Below are positions 28,496-36,694 of a DNA stretch of 64,000 nucleotides, one piece after another (position 1 is the stretch's first letter; each line of letters begins with the position of its first letter). The stretch lies in the sequence record MK562502; one strand, given 5' to 3'. The position numbers were made by a program, and so were the translations under genes. Origin of the DNA: Shigella phage KPS64. The notes beneath the pieces are model-generated. The model searched no databases. It saw only the letters and a program-made list of their open reading frames with translations, and was not told the origin of the DNA.

Positions 28496-28741
28496 ATGTT
28501 AAAATTATTGATACCAGCTTTAGTAGTCTTACTGGTGGGGTGCAACCCTTCTTATGAGAATAAGGATGCCTCTTACAGACTTCCTCCAGAAATGCAAGAC
28601 TGCAAGATTTATAAGCTTAATGGTGATGCCATTAGCAGGGATGTTATTGTAGTTCGCTGCCCAAATTCTCAGACTACAACTTCTTACAAGTATGGGAAGA
28701 ATAGTCAGTCACACACCACAGTTTTTGATGGAGGATATTGA
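28496..28741 (+). CDS. putative lipoprotein
   Basis: Signal peptide with lipobox (MLKLLIPALVVLLVGC); RBS GAGAGG upstream. Confidence 0.5.
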   Translation: MLKLLIPALVVLLVGCNPSYENKDASYRLPPEMQDCKIYKLNGDAISRDVIVVRCPNSQTTTSYKYGKNSQSHTTVFDGGY

Positions 28742-28742
28742 T

Positions 28743-28949
28743 ATGCAGGTTCTGGTAAATTTTATCTATAAGTATGACGTTGTTCACTCAACTACAACTG
28801 TAGCACAACGTAACCCAATAGTGCCACGAGAAGGTGAATGGGTAAGGATTGATGGTTGGACTTACACTGTAGAGAATATCATTCATAAGTTTGATGTTTG
28901 TGGAGACACACAAGTTATTGATGTAGAAATTGGTGGGAAACGTAAATGA
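28743..28949 (+). CDS. hypothetical protein
   Basis: Track ORF 28692..28949 trimmed to the Met preceded by GGAGG. Confidence 0.4.
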   Translation: MQVLVNFIYKYDVVHSTTTVAQRNPIVPREGEWVRIDGWTYTVENIIHKFDVCGDTQVIDVEIGGKRK

Positions 28950-30046
28950 CAATTCTGTACAAACAAAATAAAGATGGTTCTTTCAACGTCTGGTCATGTG
29001 TTGCTGTAGGTGATAAAGTCGTCACAACTTATGGTAAAGAAAATGGCAAGATGATGTTTGAAGAGTACACAGCAGAACCTAAGAACATCGGTAAAAAGAA
29101 TGAGCGTAATGCTGAACAGCAAGCTCTCTTTGAAGTTGCTGCTAAGTACAAGAGGCAGGTTGACCGTAAAGGATATGCTTACACAAAATCTGAAGCAGAG
29201 AATGTTGAGAAGGTTGGTGTACAGCTTGCTCAGGATGCTTCCAAGATAAGTCACAAGAAGTATCTGGTATTCCCTGCCGATGCTCAACCTAAACTTGATG
29301 GTGTTCGTTGCAGGATTTCAAGAGATGTTGACTCAGAAAGTTTTACGGCATATTCTCGTGAGAACACGGTATACAACATTCCTGTAGAGTTGATTCCTGA
29401 TGTTCTTCTTATGCTGAAACTGCACAAAGATGTTGAGGATTTCGACGGGGAGATTTATGCTCATGGTTGGGACTTGGAAGATATTGTATCTATGATTAAG
29501 AATGCTGACAATCCAGACCGTCACCTTCTTAAATTCTACTGGTATGATATCTGTGACAAGACTAAATCTTGGCCTGAGCGTCGTGAAGTTATTGATAATT
29601 CACCAATCGTTGAACTCGGTGATGCTTGCAGGGTTGTACCTGTTCAGACAATCCGTGTTAACTCTTGGGAAGAATTTGATAATGCTCATGACAACTGGGT
29701 TAAACTCAAGTTTGAAGGGGCAATGTATCGGTCAATCTCACCAGATTCGTTCTATGAGTGTGGTCATCGCTCTTACTTCCTGATTAAGCACAAGAAGATG
29801 CACACACAGGAATTTAAAGTAACTGGTGTAAAGACTGATAAACGTGGTCATGGTAAGTTCGTTGTAGAGACTCTTCCTAACGTCTTTGTAGATGTTTCAT
29901 GGAAAACTACACACGAGAAGAAAAAGTATCTTGCTGAACATCCTGAAGAGTTTATCGGGAAGCCTTTAACGGTTCAGTTCCAGAAGATGACTCGTAAGGG
30001 GTCTTTACAGTTCCCTGTTGGGCTTGTTATACGAGATTATGAATAG
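28946..30046 (+). CDS. ATP-dependent DNA ligase
   Basis: 366-aa ORF with adenylation motif I KLDGVRC, motif DFDGEIYA and FLIKHKK. Confidence 0.75.
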   Translation: MTILYKQNKDGSFNVWSCVAVGDKVVTTYGKENGKMMFEEYTAEPKNIGKKNERNAEQQALFEVAAKYKRQVDRKGYAYTKSEAENVEKVGVQLAQDASKISHKKYLVFPADAQPKLDGVRCRISRDVDSESFTAYSRENTVYNIPVELIPDVLLMLKLHKDVEDFDGEIYAHGWDLEDIVSMIKNADNPDRHLLKFYWYDICDKTKSWPERREVIDNSPIVELGDACRVVPVQTIRVNSWEEFDNAHDNWVKLKFEGAMYRSISPDSFYECGHRSYFLIKHKKMHTQEFKVTGVKTDKRGHGKFVVETLPNVFVDVSWKTTHEKKKYLAEHPEEFIGKPLTVQFQKMTRKGSLQFPVGLVIRDYE

Positions 30047-30054
30047 AGGTTAGC

Positions 30055-30204
30055 ATGTTTAGCGCAATTATCCTGTTTGTTTTTGTTGTTTTATCATTAT
30101 CTTACTTCATAAGTAAACTGTTAAGCATAACATACAAATCAGCCTTAGCCCTTACTCTGTTATCATTTGTAGTAAATGCAGTAGTCAGAGAATTTTTAAT
30201 ATAA
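30055..30204 (+). CDS. hypothetical 49-aa double-pass membrane peptide
   Basis: Hand translation MFSAIILFVFVVLSLSYFISKLLSITYKSALALTLLSFVVNAVVREFLI; RBS GAGG 6 nt upstream. Below the track cut-off. Confidence 0.35.
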   Translation: MFSAIILFVFVVLSLSYFISKLLSITYKSALALTLLSFVVNAVVREFLI

Positions 30205-30209
30205 AGTTG

Positions 30210-30237
30210 TTGACATAGAAAATTTGGTGAGTATACT
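30210..30237 (+). promoter_or_regulatory. sigma70-type promoter
   Basis: TTGACA (30210-30215), 16-nt spacer, TATACT (30232-30237); would start transcription just before repeat module A1. Confidence 0.55.
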
Positions 30238-30267
30238 GAGCAGCATAAACCAACGGGTACTCACCAG

Positions 30268-30412
30268 CATCACTTAAGAGTCTTTTAAGAGGGTTTTTAA
30301 GTGATGCTCGGTAAGGTTCGGTTGGGTGTGGTATGGTCTGGTATGGCTGGGTTGGGTCTGGTCCGGTTTGGTGAGGGTAGTTAGTCTCAGCTACATTAAA
30401 ATGAGACTCACC
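30268..30412 (+). repeat. repeat module A1: 10-bp-stem hairpin + GGT-rich tract + terminal stem-loop
   Basis: Inverted repeat CATCACTTAA...TTAAGTGATG (30268-30306); about 70 nt of GGT/GGTT repeats; stem-loop AGTCTCA-GCTACATTAAAA-TGAGACT. Confidence 0.7.
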
Positions 30413-30583
30413 TTTTTAAAAGGTCTTTAAAAGGGTCTTTTAATGAGGTTTCGCTAGGTAGGGTAGTGTCCGGTTGGGTCTGGTAAGGTCAGGTTAGGTA
30501 AAGTGAGGTAAGGGTGGATGGTAGTAGCCACGTTAAAAATCTACCAAGTTTCTAAAGAGTCTTCTGTTGAGGGTTCTTTATAA
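30413..30583 (+). repeat. repeat module A2: iteron-like direct repeats + GGT-rich tract + terminal stem-loop
   Basis: AAAAGGTCTTT AAAAGGGTCTTTT direct repeat; GGT-rich tract; stem-loop GGTAGTAG-CCACGTTAAAAAT-CTACC; then AAGAGTCTTCTGTTGAGGGTTCTTT. Confidence 0.7.
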
Positions 30584-30603
30584 ACAACTTAACAATAAAC
30601 TAA

Positions 30604-31209
<606 letters not shown>

Positions 31210-31211
31210 TT

Positions 31212-31652
31212 ATGAATACAAAAGCATTAGCAGCAAAGTTTAGTTACGGTGATACTGTATCACACTCTGAGATGGACACCTTCTTAGGTATTGTGAAGCC
31301 GACTTATCAAGGTGACATTGTTAAGTACGAAGATGAAATGAAGGCTTACGCACTTACACGCCTAAATCGACTTGAGAAGTTTATTGAGAAGCTTCTTAAA
31401 GAAGAGAAGATTTATCTGGTTACTTCAATGGGTGTTGGTTATCGTGTGGTGGAACCTAAACATCAAGCAACTATTGCAAAACGTAAAATGTCTAGTAAGA
31501 TTGGTCGTGCTTTAAAACAAGCCACTCAAGCGATTGAGAATGTGAACACTATGGCACTTAGTCATCAAGAACGTTCACGACTGATTGAACAGCAAAACCA
31601 TTTAGCTGCTATGAAAGCTAACATTAACAAGCAACGTAGAAAACCTTTCTAA
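31212..31652 (+). CDS. hypothetical protein with basic C-terminus (cassette gene 2)
   Basis: 146-aa ORF, 2 nt after the upstream stop; Lys/Arg-rich C-terminal third. Confidence 0.5.
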   Translation: MNTKALAAKFSYGDTVSHSEMDTFLGIVKPTYQGDIVKYEDEMKAYALTRLNRLEKFIEKLLKEEKIYLVTSMGVGYRVVEPKHQATIAKRKMSSKIGRALKQATQAIENVNTMALSHQERSRLIEQQNHLAAMKANINKQRRKPF

Positions 31653-31663
31653 GTTGACTAGGC

Positions 31664-31687
31664 AGCCTCTTCGGAGGCTCCTTTTTA
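31664..31687 (+). terminator. rho-independent terminator (plus strand)
   Basis: Hairpin AGCCTC-TTCG-GAGGCT followed by CTTTTT, right after the cassette. Confidence 0.5.
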
Positions 31688-31827
31688 AAAGGTCTTCAAA
31701 GAGGGTCTTTTAATGAGGTCTGTCATGGTGATGTTTGGTAGGGTTTGGCAAGGTTCAGTCAGGTAAAGTGTGGTCTAGTAAGGTAGGGTGTGGGTAGTTA
31801 ATCGGAGCTACATAAAAATTCGATTAC
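31682..31827 (+). repeat. repeat module B1 (counterpart of A2)
   Basis: TTTTTAAAAGGTCTTCAAAGAGGGTCTTTTAATGAGG, nearly identical to the A2 start; GGT-rich tract; stem-loop AATCG-GAGCTACATAAAAATT-CGATT. Confidence 0.7.
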
Positions 31828-31960
31828 ATCACTTAAGAGTCTTCTAAGAGGGTTTTTAAGTGATGTTTGGTGGTGGTTTGGTAATGTGAGGTAAGATGTG
31901 GTATAGTAAGGCGGGGTTTGGTATGGAAGGATGGCAGTAGCCTTATAAAAAATCTGCCAA
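31827..31960 (+). repeat. repeat module B2 (counterpart of A1)
   Basis: Hairpin CATCACTTAAGAGTCTTCTAAGAGGGTTTTTAAGTGATG (one substitution versus A1); GGT-rich tract; stem-loop GGCAG-TAGCCTTATAAAAAAT-CTGCC. Confidence 0.7.
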
Positions 31961-32005
31961 ATAAGCTATAAAATCTGTTGACAAGTCAGGTGTTATAGCT
32001 TATTT
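31961..32005 (+). promoter_or_regulatory. promoter with flanking 10-bp inverted repeat (operator-like)
   Basis: ATAAGCTATA (31961-31970) and TATAGCTTAT (31993-32002) are perfect reverse complements bracketing TTGACA (31977-31982); TATTTT -10-like hexamer follows. Confidence 0.4.
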
Positions 32006-32046
32006 TTATACTCAAATATATACAAAATTTTATATAGGAGATAGTT

Positions 32047-32427
32047 ATGAAAAAGTTACTTGTTGGTGTCCTTGCTATTGGTATGAGTTTTAGTGCAGCA
32101 GCTATGAAGATGCCTGAAGCAAACTTTAATGGTGTCGCTTTAGAATCTTGTAAGATTGTACAGAAAATCGCTTCAAATGCTGGAGAGTTGACTAAACCGT
32201 TGTCTGCTCAGACTGTTCAAGAAATGACTGATAAGATGGTTGACTACAACTACCATTTTATGGGAGATTACTATGACAGATTAGCAGATGAGATGGTTAC
32301 TCAGAACGTTGACCTTCTTGATAGTAAAGGTATCGAAACTGTAGAAGATGTGAAAGATAATTTTATGCGTGAGTCTTTCAAAGGTGTTCAATACTTTATT
32401 GAAAATCGTCACTGCACGGGTTTATAA
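32047..32427 (+). CDS. putative secreted/periplasmic protein
   Basis: 126-aa ORF with signal-peptide-like N-terminus (MKKLLVGVLAIGMSFSAAA); RBS AGGAG upstream. Confidence 0.5.
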   Translation: MKKLLVGVLAIGMSFSAAAMKMPEANFNGVALESCKIVQKIASNAGELTKPLSAQTVQEMTDKMVDYNYHFMGDYYDRLADEMVTQNVDLLDSKGIETVEDVKDNFMRESFKGVQYFIENRHCTGL

Positions 32428-32429
32428 TC

Positions 32430-32633
32430 ATGAAGAAGAACATCTGTAGAACAGACTATGGTGAAGTAGTCAATGATGACGGAGTAGTTATTTACAGAGT
32501 TTGGGCAAGTGATTACTCAACCGTTGTAGAGTCTTTAGATAACTACATCAATGGGACTCGTGAAAACGTCAGAGCAACTAATCTTGATTCGTTAATAGAC
32601 ACTTCTCGAAAACGGAGAAAGAAAGATGAATGA
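32430..32633 (+). CDS. hypothetical protein
   Basis: 67-aa ORF. Confidence 0.4.
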   Translation: MKKNICRTDYGEVVNDDGVVIYRVWASDYSTVVESLDNYINGTRENVRATNLDSLIDTSRKRRKKDE

Positions 32634-32925
32634 AGTCTTTGACCCTTATGCACCTCAAGATTCTTGGGAGGCTGATAGAGAGGCTGAAATGGAGAGTTAT
32701 ATCTGTCCAATGGATATAGAAGAGATGAAAGATTTTGTATCTTTCAGATTCTCTAAAGAGATTGAGAAGCTAAAACTTTCTCAGGCTCAAGTAGCAACTG
32801 TTTGTGAAATCTCACAGAGTCGTGTGTCAAATATCATTAACGACCCTCAAAAGATTTCTTTAGAGTACATGCTTAATGCTTGTACAAAACTTGGTGTAAA
32901 TTTTAACTTAAGGCTGGCAGATTAA
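32626..32925 (+). CDS. putative helix-turn-helix DNA-binding protein
   Basis: C-terminal LSQAQVATVCEISQSRVSNII resembles an XRE-type HTH. Confidence 0.45.
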   Translation: MNEVFDPYAPQDSWEADREAEMESYICPMDIEEMKDFVSFRFSKEIEKLKLSQAQVATVCEISQSRVSNIINDPQKISLEYMLNACTKLGVNFNLRLAD

Positions 32926-32926
32926 T

Positions 32927-33286
32927 ATGAAACGTGAAAATGCAATCTTTAACGATAACTTTGCAATTGGCTTCTATGGTAAACCAACTCCAGCAGAGAA
33001 ACTTTATGGTAATGCAATTCTGGAGACCTTGAAAGAGGTTTACACAACTGGTGGTATGAAGCATACTGAAGCAAACCGTGTAAGAGGTTATATGGCAATT
33101 GGCTCTGCAATCTCTAACATCAAACTTGAAACTACAAGTGCTAAAAAGGTACGAGACCACTTCATCAAAGAGTTGTCAGAGAACCTAGATGGTGTTGATG
33201 TTAAGGCTGTCTGGTTAGATGTTGATGGTCACAACTACACAACTTTTGTGTTTAAAAATGAGGATATCAAATGTCTCTTCCCTTAA
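32927..33286 (+). CDS. hypothetical protein
   Basis: 119-aa ORF. Confidence 0.45.
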   Translation: MKRENAIFNDNFAIGFYGKPTPAEKLYGNAILETLKEVYTTGGMKHTEANRVRGYMAIGSAISNIKLETTSAKKVRDHFIKELSENLDGVDVKAVWLDVDGHNYTTFVFKNEDIKCLFP

Positions 33287-33774
33287 AACTCGATTTATAC
33301 TTTGGGTACAGTGTATTGCAAGGCAGCATACTGTCACTACCAAAGTCAGATTATCGTTGTGATTTAGGTTCTGTGAAACGTGCATCACACTTTAACAACA
33401 ACATCTTAGGCTTGCAGACACTTCACAGGTGGCTTGAGGAAGATGGACGGTTGAATGAATATCTTCACCAACTAGAACTAGCCAAAGAAGAAGGGCATAT
33501 GGGTTGGAATTTACTACCCCATCTGTACAAACCTGCAAGTCCTATGGAGATACGCTATAACGAACAAGCAATTGATAGCTATAACAAATATAATATAACT
33601 ATTGGCTCAAGACCTTGGAAGGAGTATGGAAAGCTCCGTGAAATCATTATACAGACCATTGGAAAGCGTGTAGCAAAAGGTATTGCTTATGATGAAAAGG
33701 TTGACTGGAATACACAAAAGTGTATAAAATTCTTCAAGTACGATAATGACAAAGATACTTTTGTAGAGGTTTAA
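33271..33774 (+). CDS. hypothetical protein
   Basis: 167-aa ORF. Confidence 0.45.
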   Translation: MSLPLKLDLYFGYSVLQGSILSLPKSDYRCDLGSVKRASHFNNNILGLQTLHRWLEEDGRLNEYLHQLELAKEEGHMGWNLLPHLYKPASPMEIRYNEQAIDSYNKYNITIGSRPWKEYGKLREIIIQTIGKRVAKGIAYDEKVDWNTQKCIKFFKYDNDKDTFVEV

Positions 33775-33775
33775 C

Positions 33776-34291
33776 ATGAAAATTGGAATTACCCTTTGCC
33801 AGCCTGAAGCAGAGTTCTTGAAATCAATGTTGTCTGAGCATATGAAGTCCACAAATCATACTGAGAAGACATTCTTGATTGACACTAACTATGATGCAGG
33901 AACTATTGAGTTCATTGATGAAGACACTGCTGACTCTCTGTGTGTTCTTCCTGCTCACTTATTTACTCCAGAGCTACGGGATAGTCGTTCTATTGAAGTT
34001 AATCTGGAGCCAAGTATCGAACTGTACTCAGATACACAGTATCCAAGAAGCTTTAAAGCATTGCTAAACATCTTTATAGCTGATATTGTAGAGATTGTTA
34101 AGCAGACTGAAGGTGGTCATGTAGTAACTGCTGAGTGTGAACAAGGCACTATCAAACTGACAGGTGACTTTGGTTCTATGAGTTTCTTAGACTTTGTTCC
34201 AAAACACTTTGAAGATTTCCTGTCAAGTGAAGTTGATGACCTTGATTTCATACTAAAATTTGAACGCACTTTTAAGGTAAACAAAAAATGA
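33776..34291 (+). CDS. hypothetical acidic protein
   Basis: 171-aa ORF. Confidence 0.45.
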   Translation: MKIGITLCQPEAEFLKSMLSEHMKSTNHTEKTFLIDTNYDAGTIEFIDEDTADSLCVLPAHLFTPELRDSRSIEVNLEPSIELYSDTQYPRSFKALLNIFIADIVEIVKQTEGGHVVTAECEQGTIKLTGDFGSMSFLDFVPKHFEDFLSSEVDDLDFILKFERTFKVNKK

Positions 34292-34560
34292 AAATCTTAA
34301 GCGGAGTATCACAGTGTTACATGAATAATGGTGAGCCAGTTAAATGCTGCCATTGTGGAGGTGAGAACTTCCAAGGTGAAGTTTCAGAGATTGTCTCTGG
34401 CAATATCGCTGAAGAGTACACCCGTTGCTGTGGATGTGGAAAGATTTTATCTTTTTGGGCTTATGGAAGTTATGAACCACAACCTCACCTTATTTACCAT
34501 CCAAACAGGATTGTGAAGCGTGTTCTGAACTGGTTCATTATCAAAGGATTTACAAAATGA
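34288..34560 (+). CDS. hypothetical zinc-ribbon protein
   Basis: 90-aa ORF with CCHCGG ... CCGCG cysteine pairs. Confidence 0.45.
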   Translation: MKILSGVSQCYMNNGEPVKCCHCGGENFQGEVSEIVSGNIAEEYTRCCGCGKILSFWAYGSYEPQPHLIYHPNRIVKRVLNWFIIKGFTK

Positions 34561-35102
34561 TTAAGTTAATTTTTGCAAGTGGTATTAACGGGGAGTTTGG
34601 CACAGCTACTGGAATGCCTTGGCCTCGTAATAAACAAGATATGGCAGAGTTTAAGAAGCAGACTGTTAACCAGTTAGTCTTGATGGGTAGCGAAACTTGG
34701 AAGACTCTTGGGAGCAAGCCTTTGCCAAACCGTGAGAACCTTGTCTTGACAAACTCTCTTGACTTTTATGGTCTGGATTTTAAAGATGACTCTTATTGTA
34801 AAGCAAGAGTTAAGCCTGAAGCTTTTGGGGCTTTCCTGAAGTATATTGATAGCTCTATTGATGAAGATGTTTTAGTAATCGGTGGAGCCAATATCTTAAT
34901 CTCAGCTTTGCCGTATGCTGACGTAGTTTTCCACAGTGTTATTAAGGAAGTTACTGAAGAGGCTACTGTCAAGCTACCTTATGAGGGTTTCTTCCAGTAC
35001 TTGTATGACACAGAATTATTTGCTAAAGTACAGTCCAAACCCTCAGAAGATAAGTCTGTGGTTTTTGATACCTATGTTCCACAAGTAAGAGGACGTTTCT
35101 AA
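34557..35102 (+). CDS. folA: dihydrofolate reductase
   Basis: 181-aa ORF; N-terminus IFASGINGEFG..GMPWP and LVLMGSETW match DHFR motifs; directly upstream of thyA. Confidence 0.8.
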   Translation: MIKLIFASGINGEFGTATGMPWPRNKQDMAEFKKQTVNQLVLMGSETWKTLGSKPLPNRENLVLTNSLDFYGLDFKDDSYCKARVKPEAFGAFLKYIDSSIDEDVLVIGGANILISALPYADVVFHSVIKEVTEEATVKLPYEGFFQYLYDTELFAKVQSKPSEDKSVVFDTYVPQVRGRF

Positions 35103-35103
35103 T

Positions 35104-36003
35104 ATGTCACAAGCAGATGTAAGCTACAAAGCTATTTTAAACCATGTTTTATCAGTTGGTGAGTTGCGTAAAACCAGAACTGGCTCAGTGATTTCGACCT
35201 TTGCTCCACCTGAGTTCCGTTTTGATATGCGTAGTGGATTTCCATTAATCACCTCAAAACAAACATTTATGCGTCAAGTCCTCGGTGAAGCATTATGGTT
35301 CATGAACGGTGAAAACCAACTAGGCCATTTGCGTTACAGAACTTGGGGAGAGAACGACGGAGAGCGTTGGACTATCTGGACAGATGATTTTAAACGTTGG
35401 TTGAAAACAACCTATGCTACAGAGAATGATTGGCTGGAGGACGCTGGAGGAAGAATCTATGGAGTCCAATGGAGAGCCTACGAAGGTCATGGTGGCGTTG
35501 TTGTAGACCAGTTGAGTAATCTTGTAGAGAAGATGAGAAAGTCTCCTACAGACCGTTACATGCTCGTTAACGCATGGAATGCAGCAGATATCTCAAGTAA
35601 CTCTATGGCATTAGCACCTTGTCATGTACTTTTTCAGATTTATATCTCGAACACTAATGAGGTGGATTTGAAATGGTATCAGCGCTCTTGTGATACATTC
35701 TTAGGGTTACCATTTAACATTGCTTCCTATGCCTTTATCTTGGAGGTGTTGTGTAAACTGACGGGATATACACCGCGATATCTGGTAGGGACTTATGGTG
35801 ATACTCAAATCTATCAGAACCATATGTCGCAGGTTTTTCAGCTTCTTGGCAATGAAGAGTTTCCAGCACCTAAGTTTGAAATTCATCAAGATTTAAAGTC
35901 TCTTGAAGATTTGAGACATATGACAGCAGATGACTTCCTAGGTGGGTTGAAAGGGTATAAACATGCTGGTAAGATTGAAGCACCTTTATCAGTAGGTAAG
36001 TAG
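35104..36003 (+). CDS. thyA: thymidylate synthase
   Basis: 299-aa ORF; FDMRSGFPLITSK, WFMNGE and active-site ALAPCHVLFQ segments. Confidence 0.9.
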   Translation: MSQADVSYKAILNHVLSVGELRKTRTGSVISTFAPPEFRFDMRSGFPLITSKQTFMRQVLGEALWFMNGENQLGHLRYRTWGENDGERWTIWTDDFKRWLKTTYATENDWLEDAGGRIYGVQWRAYEGHGGVVVDQLSNLVEKMRKSPTDRYMLVNAWNAADISSNSMALAPCHVLFQIYISNTNEVDLKWYQRSCDTFLGLPFNIASYAFILEVLCKLTGYTPRYLVGTYGDTQIYQNHMSQVFQLLGNEEFPAPKFEIHQDLKSLEDLRHMTADDFLGGLKGYKHAGKIEAPLSVGK

Positions 36004-36006
36004 AAA

Positions 36007-36033
36007 CAAAAAAGGCTCCCGTAAAAAGGAGCC
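36007..36033 (-). terminator. terminator in convergent gap
   Basis: Hairpin GGCTCC-8nt-GGAGCC with a T-run on the minus strand, between thyA (+) and the spanin-like gene (-). Confidence 0.5.
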
Positions 36034-36039
36034 TTAGAA

Positions 36040-36414
36040 TTATTTCTTTTTAGTGCTTTGGGTATTTTGTTCTGTAATTGCTTGCAAAGCTGATACAGAT
36101 TGTGCTAAGTTGTTAACACTGTCAGAGAACTTATCAAGGGTCTTAGTCAACTTAGCGTTTTCTCCCTTAACATTCTCTAGCTGAACTTTCTGGTTCTCCA
36201 TCCCTAATTGTAGGAGCTTCATATCAGATTGTAAGTCACGAATAGCTGAATAGTTACCTTTTGAGTAACCATCCAACTGCTGTAACTTATTTGTGATAGA
36301 CACTTCCTGTTTACCATCAGAGACCTGCATTGTAGTGTACATACCAATTACACTGAAAATACCTACAACGATTGCACCAATATTATTCTTAAAAGCATCT
36401 TCAAGCCACTTCAT
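36040..36414 (-). CDS. membrane-anchored coiled-coil protein (i-spanin-like)
   Basis: 124-aa ORF; N-terminal TM helix (IGAIVVGIFSVIGMY) then coiled-coil region. Confidence 0.4.
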   Translation of the reverse strand: MKWLEDAFKNNIGAIVVGIFSVIGMYTTMQVSDGKQEVSITNKLQQLDGYSKGNYSAIRDLQSDMKLLQLGMENQKVQLENVKGENAKLTKTLDKFSDSVNNLAQSVSALQAITEQNTQSTKKK

Positions 36415-36608
36415 TATTTCTCACCTTTAAAAGCCTTTTCCAAGGTATCTACAAATTCATCATCAATAGGTGTATCTGTTTTACTCGCAAGGTATCTTGC
36501 AAGCTTAAAGAACACTTTTTCAATCATGTATTCACTGAGAAGAGAAAAAAGAAGCTTCCAAAAGAATGCCCCAAGGTTTTTCATGAGGATTGCTAGAATG
36601 GTTGGCAT
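36414..36608 (-). CDS. hypothetical small protein
   Basis: 64-aa ORF with hydrophobic N-terminus. Confidence 0.35.
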   Translation of the reverse strand: MPTILAILMKNLGAFFWKLLFSLLSEYMIEKVFFKLARYLASKTDTPIDDEFVDTLEKAFKGEK

Positions 36609-36694
36609 TTAATCACCTTACTTCTTGAGCCAAGATGGTGAGAATACCTACTAAGAAATATTAACACCATCTTGACAGTTAGTCAACAAGGTAA

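Noticed and set aside
30304-30520. Short Gly/Val/Trp-rich peptides encoded by the GGT-rich tracts
   Set aside because: The reading frame is not conserved among the four copies (stops at different positions), so the repeats are interpreted as nucleic-acid-level elements.
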